A program made the position numbers and the translations under genes. This document shows, one piece after another, positions 26,223 to 35,208 of a stretch of 64,000 nt of DNA. Positions within the stretch are counted from its first letter, which is position 1, and every line of letters starts with the position of its first letter. The notes below the pieces were generated by a model. The model was given only the letters and a program-made list of their open reading frames with translations, had not been told where the DNA came from and made no database searches. The stretch is from Planctomycetota bacterium (GTDB lineage Bacteria > Planctomycetota > Phycisphaerae > SM23-33): NCBI GenBank assembly GCA_029553505.1, contig JAKPKY010000165.1:36595-100594 (forward strand), in the 5' to 3' direction.

Positions 26223-26357
26223 TTGCTCTGTAGAAAACATCCAAAAGAGAGGGTGGCACGGCTTGCTTGCAAGCCGTGTTCCGGGCAAATTCGGGCAACA
26301 CGCTTTGCGAGCAAAGCGTGCCACCCATCCCGGAAACGAATGTTTTCTACAGAGCAA
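26223..26357. mobile_element. MITE-like element, family B, full copy with TIRs (TTGCTCTGTAGAAAACATC ... GATGTTTTCTACAGAGCAA)
   Basis: About 19-bp terminal inverted repeats enclosing the GGTGGCAC-hairpin-...-hairpin-GTGCCACC core. Sits in the divergent promoter region between sulfatase and hflX. Confidence 0.7.
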
Positions 26358-26534
26358 CGCGAACTCCATTTCAGATTTCGGAATGCGTCCACAGGACGTC
26401 CCTTCGGGACGGATTGCGGATTGGCGCGCTGGACAGGGCGAAATCCGCGGTATAATGCGCTTTGAACCAGTCCACCAACTGACCAGTCAACCAGTTGACC
26501 GATTGACCGTTTCCTGGAGGTTTTTCCGCCGCCG

Positions 26535-27857
26535 ATGGCTGAGATGAAACGAACGAGCCTTGGGGTGCAGGCCGAACGGGCGCTGCTGGTCTCGGTGCTC
26601 CTTCCCGGTTCGACCAACGACCCGATGGACCCCGTGGGCGAGCTTCGCAGCCTGGCCAAGACCGCCGGCGCGGTCGTCGTGGACGAGATGGTCGCCCGCC
26701 GACAGCGGATCAACGCCGCCCTGTACGTCGGAAGCGGAAAGGCCCAGGAGATCGCCGACCGTTGCGACCGCAACGAGGTCGACACGATCCTCTTCGACAA
26801 CGACCTGACCCCCGCGCAGATCCGCGACCTGGAGGAGATCACCCGCCGCAAGGTGCTCGACCGCAGCGAACTGATTTTGGACATCTTCGCGGCGCACGCG
26901 CGGACCGCGGAGAGCCGCCTACAGGTGGAGCTGGCGCAGCTGATCTACACCTACCCGCGCCTGCGGCACATGTGGACGCACCTGGAGCGGGTGGCCGGCG
27001 GCGCGACGACGGCCGCCGCCGCCGTCGGAGGCATCGGCACGCGCGGGCCCGGCGAAAAGCAGATCGAGATCGACCGCCGCCTCGTCCAGAAACGCGTCAG
27101 CTTCCTCCGAGGGCAGATTTCCGAAATCGACCGGCGGAAGATGCGCCAGGTGCGAAGCCGGCGCGACACGTTCGGCGTCTGCCTCGTCGGATACACCAAC
27201 GCGGGCAAGAGCACGCTGATGAACCTGCTGACCGGCGCGGACGTGTACGTGGCCGACCAGCTCTTCGCCACGCTCGACACGCGCACGCGCAAGTGGCGGA
27301 TCGACGGCGGCCCGAACGTCCTGCTGAGCGACACCGTCGGTTTCGTGCGCGACCTGCCGCACCACCTCGTCGCCAGCTTCCGCGCCACGCTGGAGGAGGC
27401 GATCTGCGCCGACCTGTTGATCCACGTGGCCGACGCCTCGCACGAGCGCGTCGAACAGCAGATCCAGGCGGTCCACGGCGTGCTGGACGAGCTCGGCTGC
27501 GACCGCTCGCGCGTCCTGCTGGCGATGAACAAGATCGACCGGATCGCCGACCCGACGGTCCGCCAGGTGCTGGCGGGCAAGTACGACGGGGCGATATTCC
27601 TTTCCGCCGCCACGGGCGCCGGGGCCGACGCGCTGGCGGCGGAAGTCGCCCGCCGCGCCGGCGGAATGCCCGTCCGCGTCCGACTCCGCGCGAACTGCGC
27701 CAACGGGCGGCTGATGCAGTACATCGCCCGCCACGCCCAGGTCGAGCGCCAGAGCTACGCGGACGTGACGGCCGAGATCGACGCCCTCATGCCCGCCGAA
27801 ACCCTCGCCGCCCTTCGCGGGTTCGGCGCCGACGTCGAAGTGCTCGACCCGCGCTAG
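26535..27857 (+). CDS. hflX: GTPase HflX
   Basis: HflX N-domain, G1 motif GYTNAGKST, DTVGF (G3), and NKID (G4). Confidence 0.9.
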   Translation: MAEMKRTSLGVQAERALLVSVLLPGSTNDPMDPVGELRSLAKTAGAVVVDEMVARRQRINAALYVGSGKAQEIADRCDRNEVDTILFDNDLTPAQIRDLEEITRRKVLDRSELILDIFAAHARTAESRLQVELAQLIYTYPRLRHMWTHLERVAGGATTAAAAVGGIGTRGPGEKQIEIDRRLVQKRVSFLRGQISEIDRRKMRQVRSRRDTFGVCLVGYTNAGKSTLMNLLTGADVYVADQLFATLDTRTRKWRIDGGPNVLLSDTVGFVRDLPHHLVASFRATLEEAICADLLIHVADASHERVEQQIQAVHGVLDELGCDRSRVLLAMNKIDRIADPTVRQVLAGKYDGAIFLSAATGAGADALAAEVARRAGGMPVRVRLRANCANGRLMQYIARHAQVERQSYADVTAEIDALMPAETLAALRGFGADVEVLDPR

Positions 27858-27939
27858 GGTGCCTGTCCGAAAACTCCGAATCCGGGAATGGAGGGTGCCG
27901 TGGATTGCGAAGTCCCGAAAGGGACGAAGCAACCACGAT

Positions 27940-27996
27940 TGTCAAGCACTCATGGTTTCTCCGTTCCGCGATGCGGAACTCCGCAAACCACGGCAC
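27940..27996. repeat. family-C long-stem hairpin repeat (GGTTTCTCCGTTCCGC-NNNN-GCGGAACTCCGCAAACCACGGCACCC)
   Basis: Between convergent hflX and the AraC gene. Other copies at about 40858-40908 and 61770-61815. Confidence 0.65.
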
Positions 27997-28015
27997 CCTT
28001 TTCACTGCGCGAATC

Positions 28016-28858
28016 TCACGCGGGGCGATAGCGCGACGGCGGGGCGCCGAACCGCTCGCGAAACGCGCGGGAGAAGTGGAACGGGCTGCTGTAGCCCAGG
28101 CGCTCGGCGATCTGGGCGACGGACAGCGCCCCCATCCGCAGCAGTTCGGCGGCAGTCCCGAGTCGCAGCTCGTCGTAGTACTCCTTGGGCCCCTTGCCGG
28201 CCAGCCCGCGGAACACCTCGCGGAACCGCCGCTCGCCGAGGCCCGCCTCCGCGGCCATCTCGCGGACGGTCAGCGGCGCGCCGCGGGCGGCGCGCATCCG
28301 CTCGATGACGCGCTCGATCGCCGCCTGGTGCGGCTGGGGGCGCACGCGCTGCCCGCGCCAGTTGGCCAACCAGCGATAGAGCATGGCCGACAGGACAGCC
28401 GACGCCTGCGCCCGCGCGGCGTGGCTGGGGCGCGTCAGCAGGCGAAAGCACTCCGCGCAGTCCGCCCGCTCGCGCCGGTCGCGCGGCACGGCCAGCCGGT
28501 GGTGCAGCGGCGCCGGCGGCACGCCGCCGATCCGCACGTGGAACCACCAGAAGTTCCACCGCTCGGCCGCGCACCAGTACGCGGCGATGCGGGGGTTCTC
28601 GACAGCTGCCAGCGTCTCGCCCGGCAGGTCCAGCCCGCCGCCGCCGAAAAACTCCATCCGCCCGCGCCCGCTCAGCGTGCGGACGAGGATCAACTCGTCG
28701 GAGTGGGGCGTTTCCCGCCGCACGCGGTACGACGGGTCGGCCCGCACCGTCCAGATGCGTTCCAGGGCGATCTCGACCGTCGCCACCGGCGAGGCGGTCC
28801 AGGCAGTCTCGTTGTGCATGGACAGAGCATACCACGGATCGCCGAAAGATGTATGCAA
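28016..28858 (-). CDS. AraC-family transcriptional regulator (cupin-like N-domain plus AraC HTH)
   Basis: C-terminal AraC HTH signature (LSVAQIAERLGYSSPFHFSRAFRERFGAPPSRYR). Confidence 0.85.
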   Translation of the reverse strand: MHTSFGDPWYALSMHNETAWTASPVATVEIALERIWTVRADPSYRVRRETPHSDELILVRTLSGRGRMEFFGGGGLDLPGETLAAVENPRIAAYWCAAERWNFWWFHVRIGGVPPAPLHHRLAVPRDRRERADCAECFRLLTRPSHAARAQASAVLSAMLYRWLANWRGQRVRPQPHQAAIERVIERMRAARGAPLTVREMAAEAGLGERRFREVFRGLAGKGPKEYYDELRLGTAAELLRMGALSVAQIAERLGYSSPFHFSRAFRERFGAPPSRYRPA

Positions 28859-28957
28859 AACGCCGATAATGCCATTTTGTGAGCATAATATTTCCTATAT
28901 ATGTATGGCAAGCTCCGCCCGTCGGAACGGGGCGGCGCGAACAAAAAGGAGCCTGCC

Positions 28958-30118
28958 ATGGCCGAACCGGTCGCCGACGGAATCCGCGCGATGCTTCCGC
29001 GCGAGAAGATGATCCCTTCCGCCCGCAAGCTGCGGGACACCTACACCATCACGCCCGGCGCGCCGCTGTTCCGCCGCGAGTTCGGGTATTACTGCCTGGA
29101 GCGCTGGTACGAGCAGGGCCTGGCGCGCGACGCGAACCTCGCGGAGCTCTTCCAGTACGACCCGCCGGGCAATCACGCGCTGTGGCAGCTCGGTTGGTGC
29201 GAGGCCGCGTTCTGCCCGGCATTCGAGGACAAGGTGATCGAGGACCGCGGCGAGCACGAGGTCTACCAGGACCGCGCCGGGCGCGGCGTGCTGGTCTTCA
29301 AGGGGCGGCGCGACGGCTTCATGCCCGAATACGTGGACCATCCCGTCAAGGACATGAAGACGTGGGTCGAGAACTGCAAGTGGCGGATGGATCCCGCGAC
29401 GCCGGAGCGGTGGAAGGGCTTCGACGAGCGGATGGCCAAGGCGAAAGTTGCCGCGGGGCAGGGGCTGATGATCTCCCAGCGGTGCGTCGGGCCGTACATG
29501 TACCTGCGCAGCCTGATCGGACCGGCCGACCTGCTCTACGCCTTCTACGACATGCCCGACGTCGTTCACGACTGCCTGCGGACCTGGCTGGCGCTGGCCG
29601 ATGCCGTCATCGCGCGACACCAGCAGCACGTCACGCTGGACGAAATCTTTTTCGCCGAGGACATCTGCTACAACCACGGTCCGCTGATCTCGCCGGAGAT
29701 GATGCGCGAGTTCCTCGGCCCGTATTACCGCGAGCTGCTGGCTGGCGTGCGGTCGCGCCAGATCGACCGCGCCCGCCCGCTGTACGTGCAGGTCGACACC
29801 GACGGATTCGCCCCGCCGACGATCCCGATCTATCGCGAGCTGATCGGCATGAACGTGATGAGCCCGTTCGAGGTCGCCGCGGGGTGCGACGTCGTGCGGG
29901 TCGGGCGCGACTGGCCGGACCTGGTGCTCTTCGGCGGCATCGACAAGCGCGTGCTGGCGCAGGGCCCCGCCGCGATCGACAAAATGGTCGAGCGCATCCT
30001 CCCGGCCATGCGCGAGCGCGGCGGATACATTCCCACCTGCGACCACGGCGTGCCGGAGGAAGTGACGCTGTCCAATTACCTGCACTACCGCAAGCGGTGC
30101 ATCGAGCTGGGCGGCTGA
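28958..30118 (+). CDS. uroporphyrinogen-decarboxylase (URO-D/MtaA)-like family protein
   Basis: AAGGAG RBS then ATG 28958. C-terminal GGIDKRVL...IPTCDHGVPEEV resembles URO-D/methyltransferase TIM-barrel proteins. Divergent from the AraC gene. Confidence 0.45.
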   Translation: MAEPVADGIRAMLPREKMIPSARKLRDTYTITPGAPLFRREFGYYCLERWYEQGLARDANLAELFQYDPPGNHALWQLGWCEAAFCPAFEDKVIEDRGEHEVYQDRAGRGVLVFKGRRDGFMPEYVDHPVKDMKTWVENCKWRMDPATPERWKGFDERMAKAKVAAGQGLMISQRCVGPYMYLRSLIGPADLLYAFYDMPDVVHDCLRTWLALADAVIARHQQHVTLDEIFFAEDICYNHGPLISPEMMREFLGPYYRELLAGVRSRQIDRARPLYVQVDTDGFAPPTIPIYRELIGMNVMSPFEVAAGCDVVRVGRDWPDLVLFGGIDKRVLAQGPAAIDKMVERILPAMRERGGYIPTCDHGVPEEVTLSNYLHYRKRCIELGG

Positions 30119-30213
30119 CGTTCCCCGCCGCGGGATTTTCCCCCGCGTCGCGGCGCCCCACGCGGTACAATGCCCCCGGCTGGACCTTTCCACCGGGCAC
30201 AAAGGGACACGCG

Positions 30214-31503
30214 ATGCTTCGAGGCGGCAAGGCGATCCTGGCGACGCTCCTGGCGGCGTTGGCGGCCTGGCCCGCACCAGGCGCGGCGCAGACCACCGGT
30301 CCGGCGAAGACCGTCCGCGCCTACCTGCTGCTCCGCGACGGCGGGCAGGTGCAGGGCGTGCTGCTGGAGTGGTCCGACGCGCAGTTCGTGGTGCAGGTGG
30401 GGCGCGAACGGCGGGAGGTTCCCATCGAGCAGGTCCAGCCCGTCAGCGTCTACATGACCCGGCGGAAGGTGATGGACCTGTCGCGCGCGGAGACACACCT
30501 GGCGCTGGGGCGGTACTGCCTGGAAAACGCCCTGCCCGACCACGCCCGCCGCGAGTTCGACCAGGCCGTGCGCCTCGACGCCTCGCTGGCCAAACAGGTG
30601 GAAGAGCTTTTGGCCTCGACGCCCGCCTCGGCCCCGCGCGACTCCACGGCCGCGCCCGCGCCGACCGGCAAGGGCGCCGCCAGCCCCGCGCCCGCGACGC
30701 GAAAATACATCCCCGTCACCGAGGCGCAGATCGCCGCCAACCACAAGCTCGTCGAAGGCATGGCCGAAAAGGCCCGCGCGTTCGCCCGAAACCTCCACCG
30801 CGTCGAGACCGATCACTTCCTGATCTACAGCACCTGGGGGCCGTCCGACGACAAGCCCCTGATGGAAACCTGCGAGAAGATGTACGCCGGCCTCTGCCGC
30901 CAGTTCGACATCCCCGTCAAGGAGAACATCTGGGCGGGCAAGTATCCCATCTTCGTCTTCCAGGAGCCCGAGCAGTTCCGCCGCTGGTGCGACGAGGTGG
31001 TCCAGGGCGGCGTGCCCGACGCGGCCGGGTATTGCTGTCAGCGCAGCGACGGGTTCAGCTACATCGTCATGAACCGCTCGCCGACGAAGGAGGCGTTCTA
31101 TGAGCTGCTGATCCACGAGGCGACGCACGCGTTCATGGCGCGGTACGTGTCCAACGTGGCGCTGCCTCGCTGGTTGAACGAGGGTCTGGCGGACTACATG
31201 GCCGGCGAGCTGGTTCCAGGCTGCTCGGCGGGCAAGCGGCACGTTCGGGCGGCCAAGGAGGCCCGCAAACTCGGCGGGAGCATCGCGCGGATCTTCCAGG
31301 AGGTGCAGCTCGATGTGTTCGATTACGGTGTGGCGCAGGGGCTGGTGCGCTTGCTGATCGCGCGGGACCGCGCCGCCTTCGTCCGGCTGGTCACCCGCCT
31401 GAAGGAGGGCGCCGCGTCGGAAGAAGCCCTCAAGGAAACCTACAAACTGACCCACGAGCAGCTCGAGCAGCTCTGGTGGCGCGCCGTGCGCAGCGGATCC
31501 TGA
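30214..31503 (+). CDS. secreted DUF1570-family protein (putative metallopeptidase-like, HEATH motif)
   Basis: Signal peptide (MLRGGKAILATLLAALAAWPAPGAAQ). The C-terminal domain has HExxH (LIHEATHAF) plus a NEGLADY motif, as in DUF1570 proteins common in Planctomycetota. Confidence 0.55.
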   Translation: MLRGGKAILATLLAALAAWPAPGAAQTTGPAKTVRAYLLLRDGGQVQGVLLEWSDAQFVVQVGRERREVPIEQVQPVSVYMTRRKVMDLSRAETHLALGRYCLENALPDHARREFDQAVRLDASLAKQVEELLASTPASAPRDSTAAPAPTGKGAASPAPATRKYIPVTEAQIAANHKLVEGMAEKARAFARNLHRVETDHFLIYSTWGPSDDKPLMETCEKMYAGLCRQFDIPVKENIWAGKYPIFVFQEPEQFRRWCDEVVQGGVPDAAGYCCQRSDGFSYIVMNRSPTKEAFYELLIHEATHAFMARYVSNVALPRWLNEGLADYMAGELVPGCSAGKRHVRAAKEARKLGGSIARIFQEVQLDVFDYGVAQGLVRLLIARDRAAFVRLVTRLKEGAASEEALKETYKLTHEQLEQLWWRAVRSGS

Positions 31504-31512
31504 CCGGGAAAA

Positions 31513-31600
31513 CAGTCCACGAATTGCACGAAGGAACACGGAACAGAGGAACAAGGAACCGGGGAAGAAAAGAGAATTCCCAGGTTCCGTGTTCCACGGT
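31513..31600. repeat. family-D palindromic repeat copy (reverse orientation relative to 18655-18735)
   Basis: GGAACACGGAACAGAGGAACAAGGAACCGGG ... CCCAGGTTCCGTGTTCC. Confidence 0.6.
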
Positions 31601-31755
31601 TCCGGGATACGAAAATTGAGGACTGAGGGGAAGACAGAAGACCGCGCCTTGCCAACGCGCGGCGCGAGGAGTATAAAAACACCTGACCGAATGAACCGCA
31701 AAGGACGCAGAGAGCACTGTAGAGATGGAATGAGCCAAAGAATTTCTTTCTCTCC

Positions 31756-32676
31756 GTGACCTCTGTGGTGAGTCTTTTGGGTTTCGATTCTGTCCTGAAG
31801 GTTTTCGGCATCGCGGCGACAGGGAGGTCGTCAGCCACGTCAGGTCAACAGGGCAATCCAGCCGGCGGCAACGGCGGCGAGACGGACGACGCGACGCGAG
31901 CGCTGCTGGCGCGACTTGCGGAGCATCTGGCGCAGACGGCGCCCGCAGCCGTGCGCCTGGGCCTGACGGCCGAGGGCGCGGGCGTCGAGACCGTCGAGTG
32001 CAGCGAATTCCTCGCCTCGATCGACGAACCCACCTGCGCGTACCTGCTGGGCGCGTCGCGCCCGGACCGCCCGTCGCCGCCCGAGCCGGTCTGGGTTTCC
32101 GTAGAGCCGCCCTTGGCGATGCGCCTGGTGGAGGCGATGCTCGGCGGCGCGGCCGCGACCACTCCGCCCGCGGCGCGCCCCCTGACGGCGCTGGAGCGTC
32201 GCCTGCTGCACCGCCTGATCGACGCGGTGTGCGAGGCGCTGGCCCGCGCGGCGCGCAGCGGACCCTGGCGGTTCACCCTTTCCGGCGCCGGCAGGGGATG
32301 CAGCGCCGCCGGACAACGCTGCCGGGTGCTCGCGCTGCACGTTCGGGCCGGACGGGCCGACGGGCGGGTGCGACTCTGCCTGACGCCGGAACTGCTGGCG
32401 CGAATGCTGGCGGAGGAGTCGGCGCAAGCCTCGCTCGTTCCGGCCGACGGCGCGGAGATTTCCGCCTGCGCCCACGCAGAGCTGGACGGGAAAGACCTCG
32501 CCGCCCTGGCCGCCGGCGACGTGCTGGTGACGGACGCCCCGGCCGACGGAGAGATCGTCGTCCGCGTGGACGGGCGCGACCGGTTCGCCGGTCGCCTGGC
32601 CCGCTGGGGCGACCGCAGCGCCGTCTACGTCACGCGCAAGCTCGACGCGCCCCCGCCGGCCGACGAGCGGACTTGA
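31756..32676 (+). CDS. FliM-like protein with C-terminal SpoA (FliN/YscQ-type) domain
   Basis: Middle region MLGGAAATTPPAARPLTALERRLLHRLID resembles the FliM (GG...LT..E..LL) segment. The C-terminus GDVLVTDAPADGEIVVRVDGRDRFAGRLARWGDRSAVYVT resembles the FliN/SpoA fold. Confidence 0.45.
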   Translation: MTSVVSLLGFDSVLKVFGIAATGRSSATSGQQGNPAGGNGGETDDATRALLARLAEHLAQTAPAAVRLGLTAEGAGVETVECSEFLASIDEPTCAYLLGASRPDRPSPPEPVWVSVEPPLAMRLVEAMLGGAAATTPPAARPLTALERRLLHRLIDAVCEALARAARSGPWRFTLSGAGRGCSAAGQRCRVLALHVRAGRADGRVRLCLTPELLARMLAEESAQASLVPADGAEISACAHAELDGKDLAALAAGDVLVTDAPADGEIVVRVDGRDRFAGRLARWGDRSAVYVTRKLDAPPPADERT

Positions 32677-32707
32677 CGAGGCGCGCGAAACGTCTTTTGA
32701 TAGACAC

Positions 32708-32838
32708 TTGCTCCGTTGAAAACATCTGCACCTCCGGGTGGCACGGCCCGTACGGGCGTGTCCTCCGCGAATCCGGCAGCACGCTTTGCGAACAAAGTGT
32801 GCCACCCATCCCGTGAACGGATGTTTTCCACGGAGCAA
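32708..32838. mobile_element. MITE-like element, family B, full copy with TIRs (TTGCTCCGTTGAAAACATC ... GATGTTTTCCACGGAGCAA)
   Basis: Same architecture as 26223-26357. Lies immediately upstream of cstA. Confidence 0.7.
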
Positions 32839-32890
32839 CAGGCACACTCGGGCGCGCGGTTCGTCGCGCCCCGGTTTCGGGAGACATCCG

Positions 32891-34837
32891 ATGCAGGTGC
32901 TGATCTTGCTGGCCGTCGCAGGCGCGGTGCTGCTGTTGGCGGGGCGGTTCTACTCGCGGTTCCTCGCCCGCAGCGTGGGCGAAGACCCCGCGCGCCGAAC
33001 CCCCGCCGTCGCCCTCGAGGACGGGCGCGACTACGTGCCCACCCCCACGCCGGTGGTCTTCGCGCACCACTTCGCCTCCATCGCCGGCGCGGGGCCCATC
33101 CTCGGGCCCGTCATCGCGATCCTCTACGGCTGGCTGCCCGCCGTCCTGTGGGTGCTGTTCGGCGGAACCCTCATCGGCGCGGTGCACGACTACCTTGCCG
33201 TCTACCTGGCCACCCGCGAGGGCGGGCTGTCCATCGCCACCATCGCCCGGCGGATGCTCGGAAAGGACGTCTTCGTCGCGGTCGTGCTGTTCCTGATCAT
33301 CATGCTCGCGCTGGTCTGCGCCGCGTTCCTCAACGCGTCGGCCACCGCCCTGGTCAGCATGCTGCCGTTCTCGCAGATCGAGCTGCCGGCGGGGCAGTCG
33401 ATCTTCCGCGTCGTGGGCGAAAAGGCGGTCATCGGCGGAATCGCCTCGACGAGCGTGATCGTCATCACGGCCGTCGCGCCACTGCTCGGCTGGCTGTACA
33501 TCAAGCGCAAGGTCAAGGTCTGGGTCTGCTCGGTGCTGGCGGTGGTCATCTGCGCCGGAAGCATCACGGCGGGATTGTTCGCGCCCCTGTCGTTTCCCGA
33601 CCAGACGCACCTGCTGGGCCTGGTGCTCACCGGCGAGACGGTCTGGAAGCTCCTGCTGAGCGCGTACGTGCTGGTAGCCGCGGGCGTGCCGGTGTGGATC
33701 TTCCTCCAGAGCCGCGACTTCATCAACGTGCACATCCTGTATCTCGGCATGGCCGGACTGCTGGCGACGCTTCTCGTCGCCGGCGCGCGCGGCGCAGGCG
33801 TGACCGACCCGATCCCCGCGCTGAACCTCGCCGAGGCGCAAGCGGCCAACGGGCCGGTCTGGCCGACCCTGTTCATCCTCATCGCCTGCGGCGCCGTCAG
33901 CGGGTTCCACAGCCTCTGCGCCAGCGGAACCACCTGCAAGCAACTCACCAGCGAATCCGCCGCCCGGCGCATCGGATACCACGGCATGCTGCTGGAGAGC
34001 TTCCTGGCCGTCTGCGTGATCGCGACGCTGATGGTCGGCGTCTCCAAGGGCGCGTATCTCGGGCACGTCTACCCCAAGCTTGCCGGGCTGTCCGGGCACT
34101 CGAACCCGATCGTGGGCTTCGCGCTGGCCGTCGGGCACGCCGTGAACCTCGCCTGGGGCGCGCCCGTCGCGGTCGGCGCGGTGGCGGGAATGGTGCTGCT
34201 GGAGGGATTCGTCGTCACCACGCTGGACACGGCCATCCGCCTGACGCGCTACCTGTTCGAGGAAATCTGGCGGACGATGTTCGAGGCGTATGACGTGTTC
34301 GCCGCGCCCGTGGCGGCGACCGAGGCGCAGGCGACCTGGCCGGCGGGCGATCTGGGCCCTGCCGGGACCGACGGAATCCCCGCGGCCCCGCCGCTGTCCG
34401 ATTCGCCGCCCGCCCCGGCCTTCCCGACCGCGACCATGGGACCGTTCCGAATCCTCCTGACCGTCCTGCGCCAATACTGGTTCAACTCCGGGCTGGCCGT
34501 CGCCATGATGCTCGTGTTCGCCTTCAGCGGAGGGGTCGGAAGGCTCTGGAGCGCCTTCGCCACCAGCAACCAGCTCCTTGCCGCCATCGTGCTGGCGCTG
34601 GCGGCGCTCTGGTTGCTGCGGAAGAGCCGGCGATTCTGGTTCGCGGTCTGGCCGGCGGCGTTCATGTTCGCCACCACCGGCGCCAGCCTGGTCATGATGT
34701 TCAACCGCTACCGCGCCCCAGACTCCTGGAACGCGCCCCTGCTCGGCGCGACCGTCGTGATGATGGTCATCCCCCTGTACCTCCTGCTGGCGGGCACGCG
34801 GGAAGTGCTCCGCCTGCGGAAGCAGCGGAAGACCTGA
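32891..34837 (+). CDS. cstA: carbon starvation protein A (CstA family peptide/pyruvate transporter)
   Basis: Polytopic membrane protein with CstA hallmark VFAHHFASIAGAGPILGPV near the N-terminus. Start at MQVLILL, downstream of the MITE. Confidence 0.85.
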   Translation: MQVLILLAVAGAVLLLAGRFYSRFLARSVGEDPARRTPAVALEDGRDYVPTPTPVVFAHHFASIAGAGPILGPVIAILYGWLPAVLWVLFGGTLIGAVHDYLAVYLATREGGLSIATIARRMLGKDVFVAVVLFLIIMLALVCAAFLNASATALVSMLPFSQIELPAGQSIFRVVGEKAVIGGIASTSVIVITAVAPLLGWLYIKRKVKVWVCSVLAVVICAGSITAGLFAPLSFPDQTHLLGLVLTGETVWKLLLSAYVLVAAGVPVWIFLQSRDFINVHILYLGMAGLLATLLVAGARGAGVTDPIPALNLAEAQAANGPVWPTLFILIACGAVSGFHSLCASGTTCKQLTSESAARRIGYHGMLLESFLAVCVIATLMVGVSKGAYLGHVYPKLAGLSGHSNPIVGFALAVGHAVNLAWGAPVAVGAVAGMVLLEGFVVTTLDTAIRLTRYLFEEIWRTMFEAYDVFAAPVAATEAQATWPAGDLGPAGTDGIPAAPPLSDSPPAPAFPTATMGPFRILLTVLRQYWFNSGLAVAMMLVFAFSGGVGRLWSAFATSNQLLAAIVLALAALWLLRKSRRFWFAVWPAAFMFATTGASLVMMFNRYRAPDSWNAPLLGATVVMMVIPLYLLLAGTREVLRLRKQRKT

Positions 34838-34842
34838 AACCG

Positions 34843-34930
34843 GAACCGGGAACAAAGGAACCAGGGAACCCGAGAAGACAAGAGCCGACGCGCAGCCCGG
34901 GTTCCATGTTCCTTTGTTCCGTGTTCCTTG
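34843..34930. repeat. family-D palindromic repeat copy
   Basis: GGAACAAAGGAACCAGGGAACCCG ... CCCGGGTTCCATGTTCCTTTGTTCC, directly after the cstA stop. Confidence 0.6.
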
Positions 34931-35096
34931 TCCTTCCTCTCCCGCCCGCTAAAGTTTTGCCCCCATTCGGTCGAAATAGAATCACCGAAAGCGTGATTTG
35001 TCCTCGGGCGCTGCCGAGTCTTGGCGGCGGGATTTGCCAGGTCCCGCCGCCGCTTTGTTTTCCCGCGGAATCCCGCCTCTCCGCGTGGGAATCCTC

Positions 35097-35133
35097 CGGC
35101 CAAAAACACTGCTTGCGAGCAAGCAGCGCCACC
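35097..35133. repeat. single-hairpin REP (AACACTGCTTGCGAGCAAGCAGCGCCACCCC)
   Basis: Copy of the 24597-24640 element, just downstream of rny. Confidence 0.6.
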
Positions 35134-35208
35134 CCCCGCCTCGCAATAAAAGCGGCGGGCCCGAAGACCCGCCGCCTGACGTCGTGTTTGGTTTCGTGTG
35201 CCGAACCG

